A stretch of DNA of 58,546 bases from Candidatus Pacebacteria bacterium UBA6180 (GCA_002422165.1 DITQ01000007.1:1-58546), one strand, 5' to 3'. Numbered from the stretch's first letter, positions 34,514 to 44,765 are shown. A program made the numbers and translations. The notes: generated from the sequence alone by a model not told the origin.

Positions 34514-37500
34514 CTAATGTTCGACGGCTTGAATAGTGATGGTGAGAGTTTTTTCACTACCGCTGTTTGAGGGGTCGGGAGCAGTAAATCTAAGGTCGAA
34601 ATCCTGGGTGCTGCTAGCAGTGAGGTTGGTGACTAATTCTTGATAAGTATTAACTGTTATAAATTTAATCCAATCATCTCCTCCGTTAATAGAAAACTCA
34701 TGAACAAAAGTATCTTCTCCTGGAGTTGAGCCCAGCGTCCATCCTGCCGGAGCACTGGTTTTTATATTGAGATCAACATCGAGAAGGCCGTCATTTTCGG
34801 CTGTTTGTGTTTCGTTTAAGGCAATGGTGTCAACACTTGCTCCTGGACCGATGATGCCATACTCGACTATTCCATCAGTAGTTATAGTTACGGATATAAA
34901 ATTGGCAGTTAGTAAAATTTTATCAAAAACAACGCTGTTGTCCTTATTCCAAATGGCGAATATGTAATTACCACCGTTTACTAAAGATGAGCTAATGTAG
35001 GTATTGGTCCCACCAGTTTGCCATGTGACTTCAGCTTCCCACTCTGACGCATCGTCACAATTGGTGGCAGCACTACAGACCGAGTAATAGATGTTGCTTG
35101 TACTTGTATCGATCCAAAAAGCGTAAAGGTCGTTGTTTGAGGTGTTGATTGAAAGAGTAGGGTAAGAATGGCTGTTGTTTGCGTTGTCTGCCACTAGGAT
35201 TGCGCTGGACCAAGAAGAGCCATTCCAAGTGCGAGCGCTAATTTGATTGGTGCTTTCATCGTCAACGAATATTAAGTAGAGATTGCCAACTCCATCTCCG
35301 ACAAGAGAAAAACTGTCGGCGATATTTGCAGGAATTGTGTCGATTGAGGTGCTTGTTCCAGGACCACTACTACCAGGCGTGTAGGTGTAAAGATCTTCCA
35401 TTTCTTGATTAGTGAGTGCTCGATTATATATCCTGATATCATCAATGCCTCCGTTTTCTATTTCGGAGTCTACATCTAGTTCTCCAATTAGCAAGTTATT
35501 ATTATTGGCGATCGTAGAGGATCCAAGGATTGAGGCGCCGTACATACTTACCCCATCAATAAAGGAAATTATAGAATTATTTGATCTGTTGATAACGCAT
35601 CCAACTAGGTGCCATTCTCCGTCATCTAACCCACTTGAGTAGAGAGAATTAGTGACATCGACGTTAGTTCCATCATTGATAGAGCAAACAAATGGATATG
35701 CCCCTCCGCTATTGCTTATGTAAAATTTGTAACCTGGAAATGCTGGATTGAAATCGTATCCTTTTTGGGCGATATCGAACAGATTGCTCTCTAGAGAAGT
35801 AAATTTAATCCAGGTTGTTAAAGTAAAGCTTTGGGAGGCAGAAAAATCTAGCTCTCCTCCTGCTGGGTCGTTGACAGAGATTTGTTGGTGAGATGAGTTG
35901 ATGGTCATGGCCAAGCCATCATTAAACTGACCAGTAGTCCAGGCAGCATTGCTTATATTGCCATTGTTTCCATTACCCGAGCTGTCATTCGCTGTTGAAC
36001 CTGTTCCTTCGTCTAAATTCCAGTATCCAACGAGACCGTTGTCCAGATCACTTCCTCCTTCGACGCACGAGTTACCGCCTGGCTGATCCAACCAAGTGCC
36101 TTCAGTGTAATAGCATCCCTCAAGGCTGCTGCCCATTGCAAAAACTGCGTACATGTCGCCATCACCCAAACTTGCTAGGTTGGCGTAAACGTTATCGCTA
36201 CTATTGCTTGTGTCGGCAAGACTAAAGACAGCGTCATCACTATCCTCTGGTAGATCATTGGGGTCATTTGATTCTTTGATTGTTTTGATGTAGTAAACGC
36301 CATCGCCACTGAAGCGGGCGGCTACCCAGACGTTATTTGAAGAATCTCTAGTGACAACGGGGTAGGAGTAGTTGTCTGTGACATCTGTACCATCGAAGAT
36401 AGTTTCCTCTGATCCCCAGCCAAAACTAGCGCTAGGGTATGAGGAGGCTTTGTGTCCCCGAATGTCGTTGTTAGTGCTGAAGACGATAAACGCATTAGAG
36501 CCATCAGCTTCGATGGAAAAATCTGATGAGGGAGCTGTAATTCTAGCATTTTCATTCTCAGTCCAACTATCGCCATCATCAGTGCTGTATTCAAACTCTA
36601 TTCTTCCGTCATTTTCTTCATAGTAGCTTCGCCAATACCTGGTGCCATCGTACCAAGTTTTGCGTTGAAAAGAGTTGGTAATTTCACCTGTATTGCTTGG
36701 AGGAGGTGTAGTTATAACGATACCCCATTGAATACTTGTTCCATCAAACCACTGCGCAAAAACTTCCTCAACTCCAGAATAATTGCTGGTGAGGTAGGTA
36801 TTGGTACCTGTCGTTTTCCATTCTGTTTCGGCAGCCCAATCACTGTCTTCGTCACAGTTGCTAGTGATATCGCAAACTGAGTAGTAAATATAAGAAGTTG
36901 AGGTGTCAATCCAGAAGGCATATAAGTTGCCACTGTTGGTGTCTAGAGTGAGGGTGGGGTAAGAGTGATTATCGCTAGCAGAGTCGGTTACAAGAGTGGC
37001 AGTGCTCCAGGTTGTCCCATTATATTTGCGGTAACTAATTTGGTCGGTGGATTCGTTATCGACATAGATCAGATGAACATTGCCTGAAGAGTCAGCAACG
37101 GTAGAGAAGGTGTCTTGTAAATTGGCGGGAATGGTGTCGATAGTGTCATAGTTGCCACCACCTGCAGTGGGGTCATGTTCGTAGAGATCGCTAACCTCGG
37201 AGGAACTAAGCGTCCGATTGTATAGACGAACGTCGTCAAGAACTCCGTCATAATAAGCACCCTGACTTGACCAATAGCCAAGTACAAAGTTGGCAGTGCT
37301 GTCGAAAGTGTTGATGGTGGTCGAAACTGGAAAGTCTTCGTTTGTGAGCTCAGAGCCGTCTTTGTAAAGACGTACGGTTGACCCGTCATAGGTTACGGTC
37401 ATGAGTGCCCAAGTGCTCGTGGTAAATCCTCCAAAGGTGACAGCTTCAATGCCTCCACCAGCCCAACCATCATCATCGAGCATCACTCCGACACCACTGT

Positions 37501-40500
37501 TTTCCCAGGTGAACATGTTATATGACCAACCGCCACCGGCTCCATAACCCATAATTTGACCATAGGCGTTGAAGGTTTCGACCTTGATCCAGGCACTCAT
37601 GGTGAAATTTTTCCCAACGTTAAATTCGGGTTGGTCGGCTACGTAAAGATACTCGGTATCATTGGCCTCAAAATCTGCGCCATAACCGAATTTACCAGTT
37701 GTTCTGGCGATAGTGTTGCCGGTACCGCTTTCGGTAAGGTTATTGCCGTAGGAAGAGGAGTCAATACGGGTAGCACCAGCTGCTTCTTCCATTTGCCAAT
37801 AGGCAACGAGGCCGTCATAAAGTGTTCCAGCACTTGCCCCAGTGCAAGAATCTCCGGCGCTATCTTGCCATTCTGGTACGGAGTTGACCCATTTACAACC
37901 GGCGAGTGTGGTGCCTAAAGCATAGGTAATATACATATTTTGGGAAGTCATGGGAGCGAGATTGCCGTAGACATTGCTGTTGGTGTTGGCTTGATCAGCA
38001 AGAGAGTAGACATCATCACCCGAGTCTTCTGGCAAATCGTTGGTGCCGCTCGTTTCTTTGATGGTGCGCATATAGTAGACGCCATCGCCGGTATATCGAG
38101 CGGCTACCCAGACGTAATCGCTACTATCGCGCTTAATTACTGGATAAGAGTAATCATCGGTTGATCCAGAGCCGTTTAGAACTGTTTCTTCGCTACCCCA
38201 GGAGAAACCCTCATCGGGATATGAGGAGGCTTTGCGACCTTTGATGTCGTTGCTGCTGGTGTAAACAATAAAGGCATTGCCATCGTCAGCTTCGATGGAG
38301 AAATCTGATGAGGGAGCTGTAATTCTAGCACTTGTATTCTCAGTCCAGCTCTCACCATTATTAGTACTATATTCAAATTCTATCCTTCCATTATTTTCAT
38401 CATAATAACTTCTCCAATGTCTGATCCCGTCATACCAAGTTTTGCGTTGAAAAGAGTTGGTAGTCTCGCTTACATCGATTGGAGGAGGTTCGATGATAAT
38501 AATGTCCCATTGGATATTTGTTCCATCAAACCACTGGGCGAAAATTTGATCAGATTCTGAATAGTTACTAACTACTAAAGTATTGTCTTCTGTAGTTTGC
38601 CAGGCTGTTTGGGCAGCCCATTCGCTCGGGCTATCGCAGCCAGTGCTAATGTCACAAGTTGAGTAGTAAATATTACCGCTTGAGGTGTCAATCCAGAATG
38701 CGTAGAGATTGTTGTTTGAGATGTCGATTGAAAGGGTGGGGTAGGCATGGTTATCGTTGGCTGCGTCTGAGACAAGAGTGGCAGAGCTCCAGGTAGATCC
38801 GTTGTATTTGCGGTAACTAATTTGATCGGTTGACTCATCGTCGACGAAGATAAGGTGGATGTCGCCAGTGCTGTCGGAAACAGCTGAGAGTGATTTGGTA
38901 ATATCGTCTAGACCAGTGTCTATTGAAGTAGGACTTCCATCCCAAGCACTACCATTATAGTTTTTACCTTCGATCGTCGTGCCGTCTATCCAGACAGCAT
39001 AGGCATTGTTGCTAGTACGAGGCACTAAGATTCCATATTTGTTAACATTGGAAGAGGAGTCGAGAGCAGTAGCACTATCCCAAGTGGCGTTGTTACTGGC
39101 ACTAGCACTTCGAATTGCATTGAAAGTGTAGGTGTCAGCATTATTTCCAGTAGCACTCACCCAGAGCTTATCGGAAGTATCTTGTGTGACAAATGGGTGC
39201 TTATAGTAGTTGGTGGCACTACTTCCATTAAACGCCACTGATTCAGTTCCCCAAGAAAATCCAGCATCAGGATAACTACTTGCCTTACGAACTTCAATAT
39301 CATAGCCAGGTTGGCTAAGAACATCAATTTCTGTTTCAGCAAGGTCTCGATTATAAATACGGACGTCATCAATATTGCCCTTGAAAGGATGTAAATTATT
39401 GCTGCGATAACCTATGCGGAAATTTGCATTCCCTCCTCCATACGTAGTTGTATTAGAAAATTGGTAAGTATCAACTATTTCTCCATCAACAAAGAGGGTC
39501 GCAGCTCCAGAACTGCTGACGGTGTATCCGACATGTCGCCAGACGTTTAAATCGCTTTCAGTAAAGGCATATCCAGAATTGACACCGTATTCACCATTTG
39601 TTCCATTATGAGACTTGAAGAAATATAAAATGTTATCGACACCAATAGAAAAAGTGTATTGTCTATTTGGCGCATCACTCCATTTGCTCAAAATTTCTGA
39701 CTCAGTACCCTTGGTGCTAGGGAGTTCGGTCATGTAAATCCACGCAGAAATAGTTAATGGAAAAGAGAGGTCATGTTCATCATGGTTGCCCATATCTACA
39801 AAATCATCATTGCCATCAAATGCGCCTGCACGGTCAAATTTGGCAGTAGAAGTTGTGGTTGCACCTCCTCCTCCGGTGCCATGTTTTGCATTTGCCGAGG
39901 AGTCTATGACTTCGCCAGTTGTGCCGTTCCAACTTGACTCATTCAATTTCCAGTAGCCGAGGAGCCCATTGGTGATGAGGTTATCTACGTTGGCAACTTC
40001 TTCGGTTTTGTAGGCAATATAGCTTTCGGTGTTTTTGCCCCATATGGAGAAATCTGATGAGGGAGCTGTAATTCTAGCACTTGTATTCTCAGTCCAGCTC
40101 TCACCATTATTAGTACTATATTCAAATTCTATCCTTCCATTATTTTCATCATAATAACTTCTCCAATGTCTGATCCCGTCATACCAAGTTTTGCGTTGAA
40201 AAGAGTTGGCATTTGGATCGGTATTCGAGCAAGACCCTCCAGTAAAATCCCAAAGTGTGTAGTTGCTCCCAGTCGAGTTGGGAGCATTGATACACTCAGT
40301 GGCGGTGGAGTAGTTTACGTCAACGTAATTTACTGAGACTGAGGAGGGTGGTGGGTCAATCGTCCAGACTGTGGCGGCAGTTCCAGGGTTGAGAGTCAAG
40401 AGTTCTGAGGAGGCACCAGTGAGTGTGAGACCATTGGTAATGGTGGTGGTGATACTAGAGGGGAAGGTGATTGTTCTGGCACTACTGCCTGTAGCGGAGA

Positions 40501-43303
40501 GATTGTAAAAAGTATTTGTGCCGGTGATTACTTGGGTGCTGCCACCACCACCTGTCAGGTTAACTGTACTTGAGTTGGAGGTAAAAGTACCAGAATTAGC
40601 CCAGTTGCCGGCGACATTGAGTGTGCCGTTGGCTGAGAGCGTGGCGTTATTTGTAATATTGAGGGCATTAGCAATATTGATAGTGGGGGAGGTTCCACCA
40701 ACTGTGGTAGCGAAAGTAGTGGAGCCATTACCAATCGTAAGATTATGGAATCCAATTGTGCCAGGTGTACCTGCACAACTTGAGCCGTCAGCGCCGATAC
40801 AGTTGGAGCCTGAAGCAGAAGAGAGCATCGTCGTGGTGGCAGAGGATGATTGGGAAATAGTGGCGCCGGAGGCAACTTTGATCGATCCAGAATTGGTCAC
40901 TCCGCTCGCTCCAACAGTCAAATTATTGGCTCCCAGCCCAAAAGTGCCTGCCGAGAGCAGCAATTCACGATTGACAGTAGTTGTGCCGATCGCATTGAAG
41001 GGACCAGTGCCATTGAGGACTAAATCATAATAAGTCGTGTTTTGAATGTCCGAACTAGACCCACCAGTGAAAACAGTGGTGTTGGTAGAAGGGGTAAAAG
41101 TACCACTATCTACATAAAGTGGTCGAGCAGTGCCATTTCCAGTGCCAGATAGAGTGAGGGTTTCACTCCCTCCAGAGTAAGTTCCTCCAGAGACAATATG
41201 GAGTTTGCTGACGTTGACGTTGGCACCAGGAGCGTAACCTCCAGCCACATGCAGCTCGTCTGAACCTTGTGCTGTAGTGGCAGTGAGGACGTTGCCACCT
41301 GGACAATTGTAAGTGCGATCGCCCGACGTCGGGTAAGTGGCTTGAGTAGTACAGATGTGTGAATTGGTGGTGTTGCCTGAATTGTGGTTATAGATCGCCG
41401 TTTTGTCGATGTAAAGGTGGGCATTGCTGATGTTGGAACCACTGGCGATGGTAAAAGCATTAGCATTGATGGTGGAGTGGCCATCCACGTAAACTGCTAC
41501 GGTATTGCCAGCTGACATGTCTACATCGACAGAATAGCTGGAAGTTTGACTAGTGACGACAGTTGGTGTTCCATTATTGACCGACACTGCCACCGAAACC
41601 GCGGTGCCGTTGGTGCTTGATTCGCTGCCTGAGGCGTAAATATTGCCTGCGATGGTGGTTAGCTCGGTGTAATAAACGGTGATTCTGACGCGAAAAATGC
41701 TGGTGGTGGTAGCAGTACCATATCTTGCAACTTTGAGAGAGACGCCGAAGTTGGAAGCGTTGACATCGGAAGGGGTGAGACTGGCTCCCCAATCATCAGT
41801 CTCTGTTCCGAAGGATTTAATGATTTTTGAAGCAGTTATTATGGAATTATCAGAATTGTTATTGCCCGTTTCTGTTCCGCCTTTCAGTATCTGTACGCTG
41901 TTCCAGCGGTGACGGTTAGTGTTTGCAGCTTGCTGTTCAACTTCCACAATTACTCCGTCAATTGTGGCGGTACTGGGGATGGAGAAACCGAAGTTAGTAG
42001 CTCGCAGTCGCTGTGATGTGCCTCCAGCAGTGCCGGTATTGAACGTTGCCGCAGTGCTGGTGGTATTTCCGACGACGTTAGTTGGATTGGTCCAAGCAGT
42101 GGTGCCGCCGTCATTATAATTAGCGCCAGTGCCGGCCCAATTTGGTCCAGCGACGGCATCAGAAGCAATCTGCCAACTTCGACTTTCCTGGAACAGGATA
42201 GCTTCATCGCTATAGGAAACGAATCTAAGTGGGCCGAGAGAGTAAAATTCTGGTGAGACATCGGGAGCATCAAAGGTGTAAGACAACTCGATTTCTTGAC
42301 CAGCCTTTAAGTTTACTGGCCAGATGAGATTGAGGTGTTTGTCTTTTTGTTCGCTGCTGACGCCTTTGACCTCAAAACTTGCAGGCACCCTTTCCCTAAT
42401 TTCACCCACGAAATCTTGTTCTGCTTTGACCTTGAAAGTCATGGTGTAGGGAGCCAGCGGCCAAATTCTAGTTGGTCCCACGCGTTGCACCTCGAAGGGC
42501 TGGTCCACTAAGACTTCAAAATGGTCGTCAATTGCAAAATCGTTGTCTAAGTTGACTAGGCGCAGTTGGTAAAGGCCCTGCTCTGTCAGTGCGAAATGAG
42601 TGAAGTAATCAGGGGTCATGGTGAAATTATTGCCATCACAACTGCCGGATTTTTTAATTTCTTCAAGAGCGGTGTTCAGCACCGTCTGACTGCCGCTTGG
42701 CGCGGTGATGGTTAATTCTAGATTCGCATCACAGAGGGTGTCGCCACGATGATCTAGGGCGGCAATTTGTAGGTAGGCAGTTTCTTCAGGTTTGTAAATG
42801 GACTTATCAGAGTTGATTGCCAGGACGCCCCAGTAAAATTCTTGAGTGAGAGTTTTGCCGTCCCGCACAACGTCTAGTCGATATTTTCCTGGCTTGAGTT
42901 TTTCTCGCGGAATTTCGACGAGCATGCTGTCATCAGCTTCTGTGACTTTGAAGTTTGTTATTTCTAAACCAAGTTCATTTGTCACTGTTACTTCAACATC
43001 TTCTTTCCAATCTGGATTGTTTGCTCCGAAAAGCTTGCGAAAAAAACGCGTGCTTCTAGTAAGCAGTCCTGGTCGTTCTGAAATGTCAAAAGCAGCGTCA
43101 TCACTGGCGCTAAAGGAGTGTTTTTTGGCGCGAACGCTAAGTTCGTGAGCATTGGTGATTGCTGGTTCTGGTGAGGTACTAGCCTGGAGCTGCTGTTGGC
43201 CGCTAGCAAAGGGGAGAAGAAGAAAAAAACTAAGCGCCAAAAATAAACCAGGCAACAAGCGAAATGGCGATTTTGGAGCAGTTGTAGTTTTCATAAAATA
43301 CAC
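34514..43303 (-). CDS. giant (2929 aa) secreted surface protein: signal peptide, MG/Ig-like region, beta-helix-like region, three (Asp-box propeller-like + LamG) supermodules, C-terminal beta domain
   Basis: Uninterrupted ORF. Signal peptide LLPGLFLALSFFLLLPFASGQ. Segment NSFQRKTWYDG.R.WRSYY.EN.GRIEFEYST..G.SWTEN..ARITAPSSDFSI occurs three times (Asp-box-like S..DG.SW). Three LamG domains. Overlapping ORFs are shadows. Confidence 0.9.
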   Translation of the reverse strand: MYFMKTTTAPKSPFRLLPGLFLALSFFLLLPFASGQQQLQASTSPEPAITNAHELSVRAKKHSFSASDDAAFDISERPGLLTRSTRFFRKLFGANNPDWKEDVEVTVTNELGLEITNFKVTEADDSMLVEIPREKLKPGKYRLDVVRDGKTLTQEFYWGVLAINSDKSIYKPEETAYLQIAALDHRGDTLCDANLELTITAPSGSQTVLNTALEEIKKSGSCDGNNFTMTPDYFTHFALTEQGLYQLRLVNLDNDFAIDDHFEVLVDQPFEVQRVGPTRIWPLAPYTMTFKVKAEQDFVGEIRERVPASFEVKGVSSEQKDKHLNLIWPVNLKAGQEIELSYTFDAPDVSPEFYSLGPLRFVSYSDEAILFQESRSWQIASDAVAGPNWAGTGANYNDGGTTAWTNPTNVVGNTTSTAATFNTGTAGGTSQRLRATNFGFSIPSTATIDGVIVEVEQQAANTNRHRWNSVQILKGGTETGNNNSDNSIITASKIIKSFGTETDDWGASLTPSDVNASNFGVSLKVARYGTATTTSIFRVRITVYYTELTTIAGNIYASGSESSTNGTAVSVAVSVNNGTPTVVTSQTSSYSVDVDMSAGNTVAVYVDGHSTINANAFTIASGSNISNAHLYIDKTAIYNHNSGNTTNSHICTTQATYPTSGDRTYNCPGGNVLTATTAQGSDELHVAGGYAPGANVNVSKLHIVSGGTYSGGSETLTLSGTGNGTARPLYVDSGTFTPSTNTTVFTGGSSSDIQNTTYYDLVLNGTGPFNAIGTTTVNRELLLSAGTFGLGANNLTVGASGVTNSGSIKVASGATISQSSSATTTMLSSASGSNCIGADGSSCAGTPGTIGFHNLTIGNGSTTFATTVGGTSPTINIANALNITNNATLSANGTLNVAGNWANSGTFTSNSSTVNLTGGGGSTQVITGTNTFYNLSATGSSARTITFPSSITTTITNGLTLTGASSELLTLNPGTAATVWTIDPPPSSVSVNYVDVNYSTATECINAPNSTGSNYTLWDFTGGSCSNTDPNANSFQRKTWYDGIRHWRSYYDENNGRIEFEYSTNNGESWTENTSARITAPSSDFSIWGKNTESYIAYKTEEVANVDNLITNGLLGYWKLNESSWNGTTGEVIDSSANAKHGTGGGGATTTSTAKFDRAGAFDGNDDFVDMGNHDEHDLSFPLTISAWIYMTELPSTKGTESEILSKWSDAPNRQYTFSIGVDNILYFFKSHNGTNGEYGVNSGYAFTESDLNVWRHVGYTVSSSGAATLFVDGEIVDTYQFSNTTTYGGGNANFRIGYRSNNLHPFKGNIDDVRIYNRDLAETEIDVLSQPGYDIEVRKASSYPDAGFSWGTESVAFNGSSATNYYKHPFVTQDTSDKLWVSATGNNADTYTFNAIRSASASNNATWDSATALDSSSNVNKYGILVPRTSNNAYAVWIDGTTIEGKNYNGSAWDGSPTSIDTGLDDITKSLSAVSDSTGDIHLIFVDDESTDQISYRKYNGSTWSSATLVSDAANDNHAYPTLSIDISNNNLYAFWIDTSSGNIYYSTCDISTGCDSPSEWAAQTAWQTTEDNTLVVSNYSESDQIFAQWFDGTNIQWDIIIIEPPPIDVSETTNSFQRKTWYDGIRHWRSYYDENNGRIEFEYSTNNGESWTENTSARITAPSSDFSIEADDGNAFIVYTSSNDIKGRKASSYPDEGFSWGSEETVLNGSGSTDDYSYPVIKRDSSDYVWVAARYTGDGVYYMRTIKETSGTNDLPEDSGDDVYSLADQANTNSNVYGNLAPMTSQNMYITYALGTTLAGCKWVNSVPEWQDSAGDSCTGASAGTLYDGLVAYWQMEEAAGATRIDSSSYGNNLTESGTGNTIARTTGKFGYGADFEANDTEYLYVADQPEFNVGKNFTMSAWIKVETFNAYGQIMGYGAGGGWSYNMFTWENSGVGVMLDDDGWAGGGIEAVTFGGFTTSTWALMTVTYDGSTVRLYKDGSELTNEDFPVSTTINTFDSTANFVLGYWSSQGAYYDGVLDDVRLYNRTLSSSEVSDLYEHDPTAGGGNYDTIDTIPANLQDTFSTVADSSGNVHLIYVDNESTDQISYRKYNGTTWSTATLVTDSASDNHSYPTLTLDTNSGNLYAFWIDTSTSYIYYSVCDITSNCDEDSDWAAETEWKTTGTNTYLTSNYSGVEEVFAQWFDGTSIQWGIVITTPPPSNTGEITNSFQRKTWYDGTRYWRSYYEENDGRIEFEYSTDDGDSWTENENARITAPSSDFSIEADGSNAFIVFSTNNDIRGHKASSYPSASFGWGSEETIFDGTDVTDNYSYPVVTRDSSNNVWVAARFSGDGVYYIKTIKESNDPNDLPEDSDDAVFSLADTSNSSDNVYANLASLGDGDMYAVFAMGSSLEGCYYTEGTWLDQPGGNSCVEGGSDLDNGLVGYWNLDEGTGSTANDSSGNGNNGNISNAAWTTGQFNDGLAMTINSSHQQISVNDPAGGELDFSASQSFTLTTWIKFTSLESNLFDIAQKGYDFNPAFPGYKFYISNSGGAYPFVCSINDGTNVDVTNSLYSSGLDDGEWHLVGCVINRSNNSIISFIDGVSMYGASILGSSTIANNNNLLIGELDVDSEIENGGIDDIRIYNRALTNQEMEDLYTYTPGSSGPGTSTSIDTIPANIADSFSLVGDGVGNLYLIFVDDESTNQISARTWNGSSWSSAILVADNANNSHSYPTLSINTSNNDLYAFWIDTSTSNIYYSVCSAATNCDDASEWEAEVTWQTGGTNTYISSSLVNGGNYIFAIWNKDNSVVFDKILLTANFISVTITTDGIVEYGIIGPGASVDTIALNETQTAENDGLLDVDLNIKTSAPAGWTLGSTPGEDTFVHEFSINGGDDWIKFITVNTYQELVTNLTASSTQDFDLRFTAPDPSNSGSEKTLTITIQAVEH
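35390..36045 (-). other. LamG domain 3 of giant protein 2
   Basis: LVGYWNLDEGTGSTANDSSGNGNNGN...FTLTTWIKF...GEWHLVGCV...FIDGVSM...GGIDDIRIYNRALTNQEMEDLY. Confidence 0.7.
36513..36678 (-). repeat. 166-bp intragenic repeat, diverged copy C (roughly 80% identical)
   Basis: Same length and same ends (atgga...aagagttgg). Many substitutions in between. It encodes the TRYWRSYYEENDGRIEFEYSTDDGDSW variant. Confidence 0.85.
37170..37815 (-). other. LamG domain 2 of giant protein 2
   Basis: LVAYWQMEEAAGATRIDSSSYGNNLTE...FTMSAWIKVE...LYKDGSEL...YDGVLDDVRLYNRTLSSSEVSDLY. Confidence 0.7.
38295..38460 (-). repeat. 166-bp intragenic repeat, copy A
   Basis: Identical to 40044-40209. It encodes ...NSFQRKTWYDGIRHWRSYYDENNGRIEFEYSTNNGESWTENTSARITAPSSDFSI. 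Confidence 0.95.
39310..39970 (-). other. LamG domain 1 of giant protein 2
   Basis: LLGYWKLNESSWNGTTGEVIDSSANAKHG...FDGNDDFVDMG...LTISAWIY...LFVDGEIV...FKGNIDDVRIYNRDLAETEI. Confidence 0.7.
40044..40209 (-). repeat. 166-bp intragenic repeat, copy B (100% identical to copy A)
   Basis: Base-by-base comparison of 40044-40209 with 38295-38460 shows no mismatch. The flanks diverge immediately on both sides. Confidence 0.95.
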
Positions 43304-43398
43304 CGAAAATCAGAGGTGCACGCTATTCACTTCGAACCTTCAGTTTACCACTATTATGAGGTGGGATTCAAATCAAATATGTTATTGGAAATGACCTC

Positions 43399-44046
43399 TT
43401 AACATCTAGTAATCACAGATTTAAACTCATTTTTTACTAATTGATCTATTTTTTTATTGTCGACCAGTTTTTTGTTTTGTTTGAGCTTGCCAAGTTTTGT
43501 TGTAACTTTAGCTTTTTTCCAATTCCACTTGCTACTACTGACGATAAAAGTTGCTTTGCTTTGTAAAATTTTCCTTACACCATTTTTGATGTCTTGACCG
43601 AACCAGAGCGGACTTCCATAAGGAGCGACTAGCACAACTTGCCCTGTTTTTTGGCAAGTTTCTATGGCTCCTTGGACGAAGTGGCGGTTGGCTTCTTTTC
43701 TTTCGTTCAAGCCGAGGCTAGCAGGATAGAAAAGACACAAAAATTTCATTATTAGATTGGTTGGATATAGTTCTTCACGTCGGTAAACTGGCCAGAAATT
43801 GATTTGGTAAGTTTGAATAAACCAATTCGTTACCTGTTTCATCAGGGGCACGTGCAGCACATAGCCAGCCAGTGGCATGCTGACTTTGACATTATGAGTT
43901 TTGACTAGATATCTGGCGGTAAATAAAATATCGAGCGCGTTGCGGTGGGCGTCCAATACGAGCAAGCCAGATTTTTGCAGGTGTCTAGCGATGGAATTCG
44001 ACATAAAACAGTTGATTATAGCTTGGATTTGGAGAATAATGACCAT
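43399..44046 (-). CDS. lysophospholipid acyltransferase (PlsC-like) family protein, putative
   Basis: HX4D motif in LLVLDAHRNALDILF. Other acyltransferase blocks are weak. Start may be ATG 44004. Confidence 0.4.
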   Translation of the reverse strand: MVIILQIQAIINCFMSNSIARHLQKSGLLVLDAHRNALDILFTARYLVKTHNVKVSMPLAGYVLHVPLMKQVTNWFIQTYQINFWPVYRREELYPTNLIMKFLCLFYPASLGLNERKEANRHFVQGAIETCQKTGQVVLVAPYGSPLWFGQDIKNGVRKILQSKATFIVSSSKWNWKKAKVTTKLGKLKQNKKLVDNKKIDQLVKNEFKSVITRC

Positions 44047-44048
44047 AT

Positions 44049-44426
44049 ATGAAAGAAAACAAACTCTCCTACTTCGTCTCGGTTTTGGCCCTCATTTTTT
44101 TGCTTTTGGGGATTTATGGCAGTGTCAGGACGGCGCTCAACTTCTATTTATTTGAGAAATACCCAAGCGGTGGAGTTTTATCTTTCAACAATTACTATGG
44201 TGAACGCGAAGAGGATTGTGCTTACCCGATGACTTACTACAGCATAGAAGGTCAAACTCGTCCTGCTACGGCCGATGAGGAAAAAATGGCCGGCGAGCAA
44301 AAAGAACTTTGTTTGAGTCGCGTGGCTAAATCTCGCGAAACCGCCAAGGTCAACGACATCAGCGTGTCGCTCTTTTATCTCTTTCTTGGAGCGGGGATTT
44401 TTGTGGGGAAAAGGTATTTGAAGTAG
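44049..44426 (+). CDS. small membrane protein, unknown function
   Basis: 125-aa ORF with N- and C-terminal hydrophobic helices. No motifs recognised. Confidence 0.45.
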   Translation: MKENKLSYFVSVLALIFLLLGIYGSVRTALNFYLFEKYPSGGVLSFNNYYGEREEDCAYPMTYYSIEGQTRPATADEEKMAGEQKELCLSRVAKSRETAKVNDISVSLFYLFLGAGIFVGKRYLK

Positions 44427-44499
44427 GGGAGTCTCTGATTTCTTGAAATCCTTGCGTTCGTCACTTATAATGCTTGTGGAATATAAACAATAGGGTTTT

Positions 44500-44742
44500 A
44501 TGTCAGCAACACCAGAACAACCAGCACAACCGGAACAAGAAAGATTTATTCAAGAGGAAAGCGACCTTCTTCAATCAGCACTAGAAAAAATTCAAGAAAT
44601 TTATTTTAAATCCGGAGAAGATAGAGAAAACCCAGGGTTCAAAGGAGCTGTTGAAGAAGCAAAAAGCAAGCTTCCTGAAAAGCTTAAGGGATTATTTGAC
44701 AGGATGGTTGAGGTGGCAATCACCAAAGATCCAACAACTTAA
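44500..44742 (+). CDS. small acidic hypothetical protein
   Basis: 80-aa ORF followed by a strong terminator hairpin. No motifs recognised. Confidence 0.4.
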   Translation: MSATPEQPAQPEQERFIQEESDLLQSALEKIQEIYFKSGEDRENPGFKGAVEEAKSKLPEKLKGLFDRMVEVAITKDPTT

Positions 44743-44765
44743 TTTTTTATATTTTTGTCATTCCA

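Noticed and set aside
36513-40209. Possible CRISPR array or diversity-generating retroelement (TR/VR) suggested by the repeated 166-bp segments
   Set aside because: The copies are 1.7 kb apart inside one reading frame and encode protein repeats. There are no short spacers and no adenine-specific mismatches (two copies are identical). No reverse transcriptase or cas gene occurs in the window.
34767-43209. Overlapping ORFs within giant gene 2 (for example 40518-41030 plus, 37556-37918 plus)
   Set aside because: Same reasoning: they are alternative-frame artefacts of a long, compositionally biased gene.
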